NCBI GenBank assembly: GCA_041741275.1
Contig: JBGSKJ010000144.1
Coordinates: forward strand, 1,259 to 65,258
Origin: Gallionella sp.
Lineage (GTDB): Bacteria > Pseudomonadota > Gammaproteobacteria > Burkholderiales > Gallionellaceae
Length of the DNA stretch: 64,000 nucleotides
Direction of reading: 5' to 3'
Of this stretch, positions 1-11,419 are shown piece after piece. Position 1 is the stretch's first letter. Each line of letters starts with the position of its first letter. The position numbers were made by a program, and so were the translations under genes. Under the pieces are notes generated by a model, which was not told the DNA's origin, did not search any database, and saw nothing but the letters and a program-made list of their open reading frames with translations.

Positions 1-924
1 CGTGTGCTCGCCGCGCCGGCAGGCCGCCTCTGCGAATGCGGCGCTCAAGGTCGTCTTGGCCGTGCCGGAGGAACCGGTGACCAGTACGCTGGCGCCGCGA
101 TAGTAGCCGCCGCCCAGCATGGTATCGAGCCGCTGCACGCCGCTGGAAACGCGCTCATTGGTCACCTTGATGTCCGCACGACCCTGCGTGCGCGTGACAG
201 CGACCTCGAATCCGCTTTTGCCGATCACGAACGGCGCTTCATCCTCATCGAAGCCGGAGCCGCGATATTTCTGCACGCGCAGATTGCGTTGCGACACGCC
301 TTGCACCACCCTGTGGTTGAGGATCACGACGCAGTCCACCATGAATTGCATGAAGCCGAACGGCAGTTGGCTGATGGCGCCCGTCATCTCCCCGCCGGCC
401 TGCAAGGTGATGATGCCGGTCAGTTCGCGTGCCAGCAACCACTCGTGCAGCCGGTAGAGCTCCCGCCTCTTCGCCGCCGCGTCAGGCAGCAGCTCCAACA
501 TGACATTCAGGGCATCGAACACGATGCGCCGCGCACCCATTTCCCTGGTCTGGGCCTCCAGCGCCGCCAACATCCCGCCGAGATCGAAATCCCCAGCCTG
601 AACCAGGTCTGGCATCGGCTGGGCATCCATGAAAAACAGTTTTTTTCTCCGCAACTCCGCGAGTTTCCAGCCGAAGCTCTCGGCATTGGCCACGATGCGC
701 TTTGTGCTCTCCTCAAACGCGACAAAAATGCCCGGCTCCTTGCGATCCTGCGCGCCATGCACCAGGAATTTCAGCGCGAGTATGGTCTTGCCGGAGCCCG
801 GCCCGCCCACCAGCAGCGTGGTGAGGCCGCGCGGCAAACCGCCGCCGGTGATCTCATCGAAACCGGTGATCCCGGTCGGCGTTTTGCTTGAGACTTTCAC
901 GAGTGGAGGCCGGACTGATTTCAT
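1..924 (-). CDS. KaiC-like double RecA-domain ATPase, N-terminal 308 codons; the gene runs off the window start
   Basis: Minus frame is open from ATG 924-922 to position 1, with AGGGG 6 nt upstream and an in-frame TAA at 939-937. My translation: MKSVRPPLVKVSSKTPTGITGFDEITGGGLPRGLTTLLVGGPGSGKT...QKYRGSGFDE...GVQRLDTMLGGGYYRGASVLVTGSSGTAKTT (two Walker A motifs). Absent from the ORF track because there is no stop in the window. Confidence 0.75.
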   Translation of the reverse strand, partial: MKSVRPPLVKVSSKTPTGITGFDEITGGGLPRGLTTLLVGGPGSGKTILALKFLVHGAQDRKEPGIFVAFEESTKRIVANAESFGWKLAELRRKKLFFMDAQPMPDLVQAGDFDLGGMLAALEAQTREMGARRIVFDALNVMLELLPDAAAKRRELYRLHEWLLARELTGIITLQAGGEMTGAISQLPFGFMQFMVDCVVILNHRVVQGVSQRNLRVQKYRGSGFDEDEAPFVIGKSGFEVAVTRTQGRADIKVTNERVSSGVQRLDTMLGGGYYRGASVLVTGSSGTAKTTLSAAFAEAACRRGEHT

Positions 925-1440
925 TCTTTTCCCCTTTTATTTCGTTCTCTGCTTAAAGCATATCAACCCAGCCAATGCGAACGCGGCTTGCAACTCGGAT
1001 ATCGGCAAGAGTACAAATACTTTTGTCGGCGTGGCTGAAAATATCAGCGCTTGAATTGCACGCAGACAAGTACCTCCTTCTACCACGAGCTGGCAGTATC
1101 CGCTTGTTTACTGGGTTGGTATGTTCGGTATCGCACACAATCCGCCGTCACGTTCAAATGCCGAAGGAGGAGCGAGGGATCGGCCCGGTATATTTCGTCC
1201 CGGATCCATTGCTGAAACTCCAGAATAATCCCCGGCACGGTGTTTGAAGCACTGTGCTGGCGTCTGGCCAATCTGGAGTTCGTTCTTGAAGGTTCGCTTT
1301 CCGTTGCGGGTTCAACCGGTCGATGCAACATACCGTAATCTGCGCAAGCAGAAAGAGTGCTGCAGATGAAGCAAAGGCCACGGATCTATTACACGGAAAA
1401 CCAAAAGGCGAGGGTCAGACCCGCCCTTGCGAGATCACCA

Positions 1441-1998
1441 CTATTCGTCCTGCATTTCCCGGCCGGGAAACAGTTCTTCGGTATAGCCAAATTGCGTCAT
1501 GTCCCGGATGCGCATCGGGTACAGGATACCGTCGAGATGATCGCACTCGTGCTGTACCACGCGGGCATGAAAGCCGCTCACGCTGCGGTCGATCAGCGCG
1601 CCGTATTCGTCCCGGCCCTGATAACGGATATATGCATGGCGCGGCACCAGGCCGCGCAGGCCGGGCACGCTCAGGCAACCTTCCCAGTCTTCCTCCGCAG
1701 CTTCTTCCAGCGGGGTGATGAGCGGATTGATGAGCACTGTTTCCGGCACGGTTTTGGCATCGGGGTAACGCGAGGCTACTTTTTCCCTGCCAGGCAAGTC
1801 GGGCTGCACGCCGAAGATCACCACGCGCAGCCCCACGCCGATCTGCGGCGCGGCCAGACCCGCGCCGTTGAGGGCCTGCATGGTATCGCGCATATCGGCC
1901 AGCAGCGCGTGCAATTGCGGGGTGTCGAAACGGTTGACCGCTTCGGCACGCTGCAGCAGGCGCGCATCACCCATGCGCAATACGGTTCTAATCGCCAT
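1441..1998 (-). CDS. def: peptide deformylase
   Basis: 185 aa; motifs [24 protein letters not shown]. Confidence 0.93.
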   Translation of the reverse strand: MAIRTVLRMGDARLLQRAEAVNRFDTPQLHALLADMRDTMQALNGAGLAAPQIGVGLRVVIFGVQPDLPGREKVASRYPDAKTVPETVLINPLITPLEEAAEEDWEGCLSVPGLRGLVPRHAYIRYQGRDEYGALIDRSVSGFHARVVQHECDHLDGILYPMRIRDMTQFGYTEELFPGREMQDE

Positions 1999-2731
1999 TG
2001 TTCACCACGAATTCCAGGATGCTTCTCACCCGCTCCATCGCCTCACTGGCGGTGGCATTGACCCTTTCCATGTTGATGCCCGCCGCACTGTCGCCGCGTC
2101 CGGCAGCATAATTCGCCACCACGGCGATGGTCGCATATTCGAGCTCCAGCTCTTTGGCCAGCGCGGCTTCCGGCATGCCGGTCATGCCCACCATATCCGC
2201 GCCATCGCGTTCATAACGATTGACCTCGGCGATACTGTCCAGGCGCGGCCCCTGCGTGGCCGCATACACGCCGCCACCCACACACGGCTGCTGTGCGGTT
2301 TGCGCGCTGCGCAAGATGCGGCTGCGCACTTTGTCGCTGTAGGGCATGGTGAAATCGGCATTGCTGTAAGGTTTGTCGCGTGCCTCGAAAAAGGTGGCGT
2401 CGCGGCCATGGGTGTAATCGATGATCTGGTCCGGCACGACGATCACCCCCGGCTTGAGATCGGCGCGGATGCCGCCCACCGTGGCCACCGAGATGATATT
2501 TTTGACCCCCTGCTCGCGCAACACCCAAAGGTTGGCGCGGTAGTTCACCTGATGCGGCGGGATGGTGTGACCGTAGCCGTGGCGCGCCAGAAAGATCACT
2601 TCATGCTGATCCAGCGTTCCGAACATGAAGGCGCCGGACGGTTCGCCGTAGGGTGTGCGCATCACCTGTTGATGCGTGATCTTCAGATTCGCCAGTTGGG
2701 TCAGACCTCGCCCGCCGATGATTGCCAACAT
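1988..2731 (-). CDS. 5'-methylthioadenosine/methylthioinosine phosphorylase (PNP/MTAP family)
   Basis: Start moved to the ATG giving [10 protein letters not shown], 5 nt after the upstream stop. Motifs [15 protein letters not shown]. Confidence 0.85.
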   Translation of the reverse strand: MLAIIGGRGLTQLANLKITHQQVMRTPYGEPSGAFMFGTLDQHEVIFLARHGYGHTIPPHQVNYRANLWVLREQGVKNIISVATVGGIRADLKPGVIVVPDQIIDYTHGRDATFFEARDKPYSNADFTMPYSDKVRSRILRSAQTAQQPCVGGGVYAATQGPRLDSIAEVNRYERDGADMVGMTGMPEAALAKELELEYATIAVVANYAAGRGDSAAGINMERVNATASEAMERVRSILEFVVNNGD

Positions 2732-2736
2732 ACTCT

Positions 2737-3285
2737 CTACTCCTTGACTGCGTAAATGGCGGGCAGATTGCGCCACGCCCCTTCGACATCCATACCGTAG
2801 CCGAACACAAAACGATCCGGCAACTCGATCCCGGTGAAATCCGCATGGATGGGTTTTTTGCGGCCGTGCTGCTTGTCGGCCAGCACCGCGCTGTAGAACT
2901 TGCTTGCGCCCAATTCCATCACCCGCTGGCGCAATGCTGCCAGGGTGTTGCCTTCATCGAGGATATCATCCAGCACCAGCACCACGCGACCGCGCACATT
3001 CTCGCGCGGTGCGACTTTCCAGTGCATCGCCCCGCCCTGCCGGGCATCCCCGTAACGCGACACATGCACGTAATCGAAATCCAGCGGAAAATCGAGCAGC
3101 GGCAGCAACTGCCCGCTGAACACCACCGCTCCGCCCATCACCGACAACACCAGCGGATGCGTATCCGCCAGCGCGGCGTTGATCCGCCTTGCAACCTCAT
3201 GCAGTGCCGCCTGCACCTGTTCATGCGTGTACAACAACTCTGCCTGTTGCAGGATGTCGCGGGCGTGCTGGATGGAAATCGTCAC
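2737..3285 (-). CDS. hpt: hypoxanthine-guanine phosphoribosyltransferase
   Basis: 182 aa, GTG start; PRPP-binding motif VVLVLDDILDEGNT. Confidence 0.85.
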   Translation of the reverse strand: MTISIQHARDILQQAELLYTHEQVQAALHEVARRINAALADTHPLVLSVMGGAVVFSGQLLPLLDFPLDFDYVHVSRYGDARQGGAMHWKVAPRENVRGRVVLVLDDILDEGNTLAALRQRVMELGASKFYSAVLADKQHGRKKPIHADFTGIELPDRFVFGYGMDVEGAWRNLPAIYAVKE

Positions 3286-3288
3286 GGC

Positions 3289-4155
3289 TTATTTCAAACC
3301 CTTCAGGTACACGGCGAACTCGTCGCGCACTTCGGGATGCTTGAGACCCAGCGCCACCATCGCCTTGAGATACCCCAGCTTGGAACCGCAATCGTAACGC
3401 ATGCCCTTGAAGCGATAGGCGAGCATCTTCTCCTCATGCATCAATGCGGCGATCCCGTCGGTCAACTGGATCTCGCCACCGGCACCCGCCTGCACTTTTT
3501 CCAGATGGTCGAAGATGCGCGGTGTGAAGATATAGCGCCCCACCACCGCCAGTGTCGAAGGCGCGTCCTCCGGATTGGGTTTTTCCACGATGCCGCTTAC
3601 CTGCTCCAGATCGGCCGCCAGCGCCACGCTGCTGACGATGCCGTACTGGCTGGTCTGGTCACGCGGCACATCCTGCACGCCCAGAATCGAACATTGATAT
3701 CGCCGGTACACCTCCGCCATCTGCTTGATGATAGGCGGCTCGCCATCGATCAAATCATCCGCCAACAGCACCGCAAACGGTTCGTCCTGCACCACCGGCC
3801 TGGCACACAACACCGCGTGCCCCAGTCCCAGCGGTTCGGTCTGGCGGATGAAGATGCAGTTGATGTGCGCGGGTATCACTTCTCGCACCAGGCGCAGCAA
3901 CTCATCCTTGCCGCGCATCGCCAGCTCTGCTTCCAGCTCGTAGGCCTTGTCGAAGTGATCCTCGATGGCGCGCTTGTTGCGTCCGGTGATGAACACCATG
4001 TCGGTGATGCCCGCCGCCACCGCCTCTTCCACCGCATACTGGATCAGCGGCTTGTCCACGACGGGCATCATCTCCTTCGGGCTGGCCTTGGTGGCCGGCA
4101 GGAAGCGGCTGCCCATGCCTGCAACGGGAAACACAGCTTTAGTGATTCTTTTCAT
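3289..4155 (-). CDS. galU: UTP--glucose-1-phosphate uridylyltransferase
   Basis: 288 aa; [35 protein letters not shown], typical GalU N-terminus. Confidence 0.95.
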   Translation of the reverse strand: MKRITKAVFPVAGMGSRFLPATKASPKEMMPVVDKPLIQYAVEEAVAAGITDMVFITGRNKRAIEDHFDKAYELEAELAMRGKDELLRLVREVIPAHINCIFIRQTEPLGLGHAVLCARPVVQDEPFAVLLADDLIDGEPPIIKQMAEVYRRYQCSILGVQDVPRDQTSQYGIVSSVALAADLEQVSGIVEKPNPEDAPSTLAVVGRYIFTPRIFDHLEKVQAGAGGEIQLTDGIAALMHEEKMLAYRFKGMRYDCGSKLGYLKAMVALGLKHPEVRDEFAVYLKGLK

Positions 4156-4179
4156 GTTGTTTTGTTCTCTCTAAACTGT

Positions 4180-5073
4180 TTATTGATCTGAACGCAACGA
4201 TACACAACCCACTGCACTTTGGATAAGAGCTTTGAAGTCAGTTTCGCGAATAATCCTAATTGAATAACCTTCTGTAACCAGCAACTCAGCCTTCCTGTGC
4301 TTGGTACTTTTTTCGTGCCCTGCAAGTTTTGAGATGTCCTGGTCGCCAACAACAAGAATAGTTGTTTTCTTTGTCACGCCAGGTGCAACTTGACACCCTA
4401 CACTAGCCGCCAAGTCTGCCGCTTCATTTCTAGGCAATTCAAGTATTCCAGTAAATACGACAATCTCACCAAATAGGTCACCCTCTGGATTTCCATCGCG
4501 ATGGATTGCTGTTCCATAAGAAGATCGCTGTAGATCAATTGGTTGATTGACACGATGCATCCACGCTTCCAAATCTAACTGGGATTCATGTATTGCAGCG
4601 AGCAATACATGACCGGCAGCTTTCGCATCTTCCAATGCGTCATGATGCTTAAACTCATAACCAATTTTGCTACAGACATTCTTGAGTCCATAGCCTTGCC
4701 ATGCCAAGTCCTTCCATGTTCGGCGCACTACTCTGGCCGAATCTAACCACAAGGTTGAGATTTGACCAAGCTTATATTTTTCAAACGCACGTGTAAGGGA
4801 GACTCGATCAAAATGAGTGTGGCAAACAGTAATGCCGCCTCCCAAATATTCTCTCAAGGTTCCAGCTATATCTGGCAATTTTGGCTGGCCATTCACCATT
4901 CTTGGCTCTATACCGTGAATAGAAATATTCACCTCGTCAAAATAATCCTCTGGATCAATAAGCGTTGACCACTCTCCAACAAGATTCCCGTCAGCAAATT
5001 CTGCAATACCAATCTGGCAAATCGAACTCATATCTGGATTTGCGGTTTCAATGTCAATCGAAACAAAGCGCAT
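4180..5073 (-). CDS. DEDDh (DnaQ-like) 3'-5' exonuclease fused to a C-terminal BRCT-like domain
   Basis: 297 aa; exonuclease motifs DIETAN, HTHFD, HHDALEDAKAAG. The C-terminus (GEIVVFTGIL...TTILVVGDQD...) resembles the LigA BRCT in this window. AT-rich relative to neighbours. Confidence 0.8.
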   Translation of the reverse strand: MRFVSIDIETANPDMSSICQIGIAEFADGNLVGEWSTLIDPEDYFDEVNISIHGIEPRMVNGQPKLPDIAGTLREYLGGGITVCHTHFDRVSLTRAFEKYKLGQISTLWLDSARVVRRTWKDLAWQGYGLKNVCSKIGYEFKHHDALEDAKAAGHVLLAAIHESQLDLEAWMHRVNQPIDLQRSSYGTAIHRDGNPEGDLFGEIVVFTGILELPRNEAADLAASVGCQVAPGVTKKTTILVVGDQDISKLAGHEKSTKHRKAELLVTEGYSIRIIRETDFKALIQSAVGCVSLRSDQ

Positions 5074-5093
5074 AACTGATCACCGGTTCCGGT

Positions 5094-5459
5094 TTATGTT
5101 TCTAAAAGCTTAGCCATATCATTTGTAAACACCACAGTCATACCTGTAACTGAGCAGGTCAATGCAGGCTCGTTTTCAGTATCAATATCCAGATCATTGC
5201 CACGCAAACCCTGCCACATAGCCAAGTAATAGAAGGAACCATATTTCTGCTTCTTTTTTATAGCTTTCTCGACCCCACCTTTCCACGGCAAAATCATAAG
5301 TTGACCATTACGTGCTTGCTGTGCAAGTGTTGCATCTCCCAAGCTCTTCGCGCGACCACGCTCCCAACAGGCTATTAACCCTCGGTCAGCACTTTCCCAT
5401 CTCTCATCCCAAGTTAGATTCGGACGAATTGTCTCAGTAATCAAGCGATGAATTCTCAT
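5094..5459 (-). CDS. hypothetical protein (121 aa), no recognisable motif
   Basis: ATG ORF in the AT-rich cassette, 20 nt upstream of the exonuclease gene on the same strand. Only the ORF and its context support it. Confidence 0.55.
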   Translation of the reverse strand: MRIHRLITETIRPNLTWDERWESADRGLIACWERGRAKSLGDATLAQQARNGQLMILPWKGGVEKAIKKKQKYGSFYYLAMWQGLRGNDLDIDTENEPALTCSVTGMTVVFTNDMAKLLET

Positions 5460-5520
5460 GATTTAAGTTTCATTGCAATAAATCCAGCAGAGAGCGCAAG
5501 CGGTTTCAAGTTGGCTCACC

Positions 5521-7563
<2,043 letters not shown>

Positions 7564-7567
7564 CTAC

Positions 7568-7708
7568 AAGACCTCTGCACAACGTAGCGAGCGCAGGTCA
7601 GACGAGGAGAAAAGGGGCGAGAAACCGGAATGTATGCGTCTATACATGAGGATTTTGAGCCCCTTTTCGACAAAGTATCACCAAGCATAGTAGTTGTGCA
7701 GAGGTCTT
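7568..7708. repeat. 141-bp nested palindrome filling the zipA-ligA spacer
   Basis: Outer arms AAGACCTCTGCACAAC (7568-7583) and GTTGTGCAGAGGTCTT (7693-7708). Middle arms GAAAAGGGGC (7609-7618) and GCCCCTTTTC (7659-7668). Centre ATGTAT...ATACAT (7630-7647). Confidence 0.9.
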
Positions 7709-8790
7709 TAGGAGAACAAGCGGCGTGCCTGGGCGCTGCCCGGAGTTATGCCGTTTTCACGCATGCTGGCTTCCACGCCGGCGATCTGTGCGCGGATGTG
7801 CGCCAGCCCGCTGTCGTCCAATGCCACGCGATGATCATCCACGATGCCGAGCTGCAACCCCCCGGCCAGTTCGTGCGCAACGGCTATCATCCGGTCGAAG
7901 CCCATGGTTGGATCCTCCACGCGCGGCACATCGAGCAGCAGGGTGATGCCGGCTGTGCCAAAGGTTTCCAGCGTGTGATGCTGGAACGGCACGGTATCCT
8001 GGTTGATCAGACTGAACAGGCTGAGCCCCTGTTCATCCAGCAGATGGAAAGCCCCGTCCGCCTCAAGCGTCATGCCATGCAGACCGGCGGCCTGCGCAAT
8101 ATCCGTGGCGCGTATCAACCGTTCGCCGGGCGGGACCAGGTTGACCCCGACCATCTGGTCGACCGTGGCGCAGAGCGCGTCCAGTTCCACCGCATGCTGG
8201 TATGTTTCCTGGATATTCGGCAAGGCGGCTTCAGCCTTGATATGCCTGGCGGCACCCAGAACCAGATCGCGAAAATCCGCCAGTTTCGCCGCGCTGATCG
8301 CGCCGCCCCGGTCCACCAGTTGCAGGGCGACACGAAAGCGCTGATAAAGCGTGTGGCTCTCGGCGATGGCGCGCTCCCATTCCCGCGTGGCCAGCTTGAG
8401 TCCGCACACCTGCACCGGCTTGCCAAAGTCGAATTTGCGTTGCCACAAACCAACCAGCACGGCGGCCGGGCCCGGTTCGGCGAGATGCAATTCGATGATG
8501 AAATCACTGCGCGCATCCAGCAGCGCACAGGGATCGTCCGGCACAGCAAGACCGGATGACTCCGCGTCAGGCTCCGCAGTGCCTTCCCCGGCCATTTCCG
8601 CCAATGCCGGTTGGTAGCCCTGTTCGACCGGTTTTGCAGAGTTGTCGTGATATAGCGCATCCGCGTGACCCGATTTGAAAGTCGCGCCAAATTTGCGCCG
8701 GTAGCGCCTTTGCTGCCACCAGCCGAACACATACACCGCGACGATCACGCCGAATCCGATTGCCAGCAAGGCTGCTTGTAATTCGCTCAT
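7708..8790 (-). CDS. zipA: cell division protein ZipA
   Basis: 360 aa; N-terminal TM helix, charged linker and a C-terminal domain. Conserved position directly upstream of ligA. Confidence 0.82.
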   Translation of the reverse strand: MSELQAALLAIGFGVIVAVYVFGWWQQRRYRRKFGATFKSGHADALYHDNSAKPVEQGYQPALAEMAGEGTAEPDAESSGLAVPDDPCALLDARSDFIIELHLAEPGPAAVLVGLWQRKFDFGKPVQVCGLKLATREWERAIAESHTLYQRFRVALQLVDRGGAISAAKLADFRDLVLGAARHIKAEAALPNIQETYQHAVELDALCATVDQMVGVNLVPPGERLIRATDIAQAAGLHGMTLEADGAFHLLDEQGLSLFSLINQDTVPFQHHTLETFGTAGITLLLDVPRVEDPTMGFDRMIAVAHELAGGLQLGIVDDHRVALDDSGLAHIRAQIAGVEASMRENGITPGSAQARRLFS

Positions 8791-9045
8791 AGGAGAACCA
8801 TAACAAATATCCGGAAGATGGCGCGGATTATCTCACGTCAAAGACCGGCCCGACACTCTCCCCGGACTCCTTCCACGCCCAAACAGCGTAACGGAAGGTT
8901 CGCAAATCGGGCTCAAGTATGGTGGGATGCCATGGGTGACATCCGGTGGCGGGGATGGCACGGGCGGACAGGCGGTCATGGCGATTCCCGGCGCAATTTG
9001 GGCGGCATGGTGTTCGCCTGGCCATGCTGCGCAAAACATATCTTC

Positions 9046-9537
9046 CTAATCGTCAATGCGCAGCACCCTGAAGATCAGCTCCAGCGCGAACCCGCGTGAT
9101 TGCAAAAAGCGTACTTGCCTGGCCTTTTCTTTTTCATCCCGCGGTGCGACACCAAATTTCTTCCGCCATACTTCGCGTGCGGCTTCCAGTTCGCTTTCTT
9201 TCAATGCCGGCAACGCGGCACTGATCAATTCTTCGGCGATGCCCTTCTGGCGCAACTCATGGGTGATACGCTGCGTGCCGAAACGGCTGCGCTTGGCATG
9301 CACCAGTTGTGTGGCAGCGCGTGCATCGGAGAGCCAGCCGCGCGCGGTCAGGTCGTCCAGCAGCACATCCAGATCGACCGGCCCGGAGGAATCAAATGAC
9401 TGCTCGGAATCTGCGTCGGCCTGCACATGCGGCAACAGCTTGCCGCGCAACTCGGCGCGACTGTATTCACGCCGGGCCAGGTATTGCAAAGCCCGCGCAC
9501 GTAAACTTAAGGATGCACCTTTTGATCCGGATTTCAT
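9046..9537 (-). CDS. recX: recombination regulator RecX
   Basis: 163 aa; ALQYLARREYSRAEL motif; immediately downstream of recA. Confidence 0.88.
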   Translation of the reverse strand: MKSGSKGASLSLRARALQYLARREYSRAELRGKLLPHVQADADSEQSFDSSGPVDLDVLLDDLTARGWLSDARAATQLVHAKRSRFGTQRITHELRQKGIAEELISAALPALKESELEAAREVWRKKFGVAPRDEKEKARQVRFLQSRGFALELIFRVLRIDD

Positions 9538-9657
9538 TCCAACTGCTGCGTTGCTAATAATTTTTCTTGCTTACATATGAACAATATGCGGCGCGGCGAA
9601 AAATTTTCAGCGCCTTGCATTTGGACGAACTCTGAATCCCTCGATGCATCCTTACCC

Positions 9658-10737
<1,080 letters not shown>

Positions 10738-10794
10738 TATTTTCCCCTTTCAAAAAGTGATGCCGGATTGTGGCATAACAATTTGCGTTTGTAC

Positions 10795-10808
10795 AGAACG
10801 TTCGTTCT
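10795..10808. promoter_or_regulatory. palindrome AGAACGTTCGTTCT (GAAC-N4-GTTC) upstream of recA; candidate operator
   Basis: Lies 58-71 nt upstream of the recA ATG. No CTGT-N8-ACAG box is present in this spacer. Confidence 0.35.
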
Positions 10809-10818
10809 CTTGTTGTTT

Positions 10819-11310
10819 TCAGGCCGTTTCAGTCAATTTATTCAGCAAGTTAACCACGCCCTGCAAGGCGATACGCACCGCCTGGACGCGCACTTCGGCA
10901 CGGTTGCCGTCCAGTTGATAGCGTTGCGCGCGGGTCTCGCCTTGCTTGATCCCCCAGGCAAACCAGACCGTGCCGACCGGCTTGTCCGCAGTACCGCCGT
11001 CCGGTCCGGCGATACCGCTCACCGCCAATGCCACTTGCGCCGTGCTGTTGGCCAGCGCGCCCGCCACCATCTCGCGCACCGTCGCCTCGGACACCGCGCC
11101 ATGCTGTTTGAGCGTCGCCTCGCTCACACCCAGCATCTGCTGCTTGGACAGATTGGAATAAGTGACAAAGCCGCGCTCGAACCACGCTGAACTGCCAGCC
11201 ACATCGGTGATCGCCTGCGCGACTCCACCGCCGGTGCAGGACTCTGCCGTTGCCAGCATCAGCCCGTGCGATTTGAGCACCCCCCCGACTTGTGCGGCAA
11301 GTATGTCCAT
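10819..11310 (-). CDS. pncC: nicotinamide-nucleotide amidohydrolase (CinA C-terminal domain family)
   Basis: 163 aa; LATAESCTGG motif; upstream of recA, a common arrangement. Confidence 0.88.
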   Translation of the reverse strand: MDILAAQVGGVLKSHGLMLATAESCTGGGVAQAITDVAGSSAWFERGFVTYSNLSKQQMLGVSEATLKQHGAVSEATVREMVAGALANSTAQVALAVSGIAGPDGGTADKPVGTVWFAWGIKQGETRAQRYQLDGNRAEVRVQAVRIALQGVVNLLNKLTETA

Positions 11311-11342
11311 ATTTAAGCAACCCCGGAAAACCTTTTAACCAC

Positions 11343-11402
11343 GGAACACACGGATGACACGGACAAAACCAATGCTTCCTTCCGTGTTTTTCCGTGTGTT
11401 CC
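11343..11402. repeat. intergenic hairpin with ACACGGA / TCCGTGT repeat arms
   Basis: GGAACACACGGA (11343-11354) pairs with TCCGTGTGTTCC (11391-11402). Inner ACACGGA (11357-11363) pairs with TCCGTGT (11381-11387). Confidence 0.85.
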
Positions 11403-11419
11403 CTGGTTCATTGTTTTAT

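Noticed and set aside
1300-1330. GGGTTCAACC string resembling a tRNA T-loop
   Set aside because: The flanking bases cannot form a T-stem or acceptor stem. No tRNA-like cloverleaf is evident anywhere in the intergenic regions I read.
1080-1331. 83-aa minus-strand ORF (and overlapping ORFs 975-1247 and 1154-1381) in the kaiC-def gap
   Set aside because: No SD and Arg/Ser-rich composition. Mutually overlapping alternative frames and no recognisable motif. It could be a pseudogene remnant, but I cannot support a call.
1400-1430. Possible rho-independent terminator after def (GGCGAGGG-TCAGA-CCCGCCC)
   Set aside because: When paired base by base, only 3 contiguous GC pairs form without bulges. 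This is too weak to call.
8791-9045. 255-bp spacer between zipA and recX with several 68-93-aa ORFs
   Set aside because: The ORFs overlap each other in different frames, lack SDs and have junk-like composition. The region is probably the zipA promoter, and no structured element was seen.
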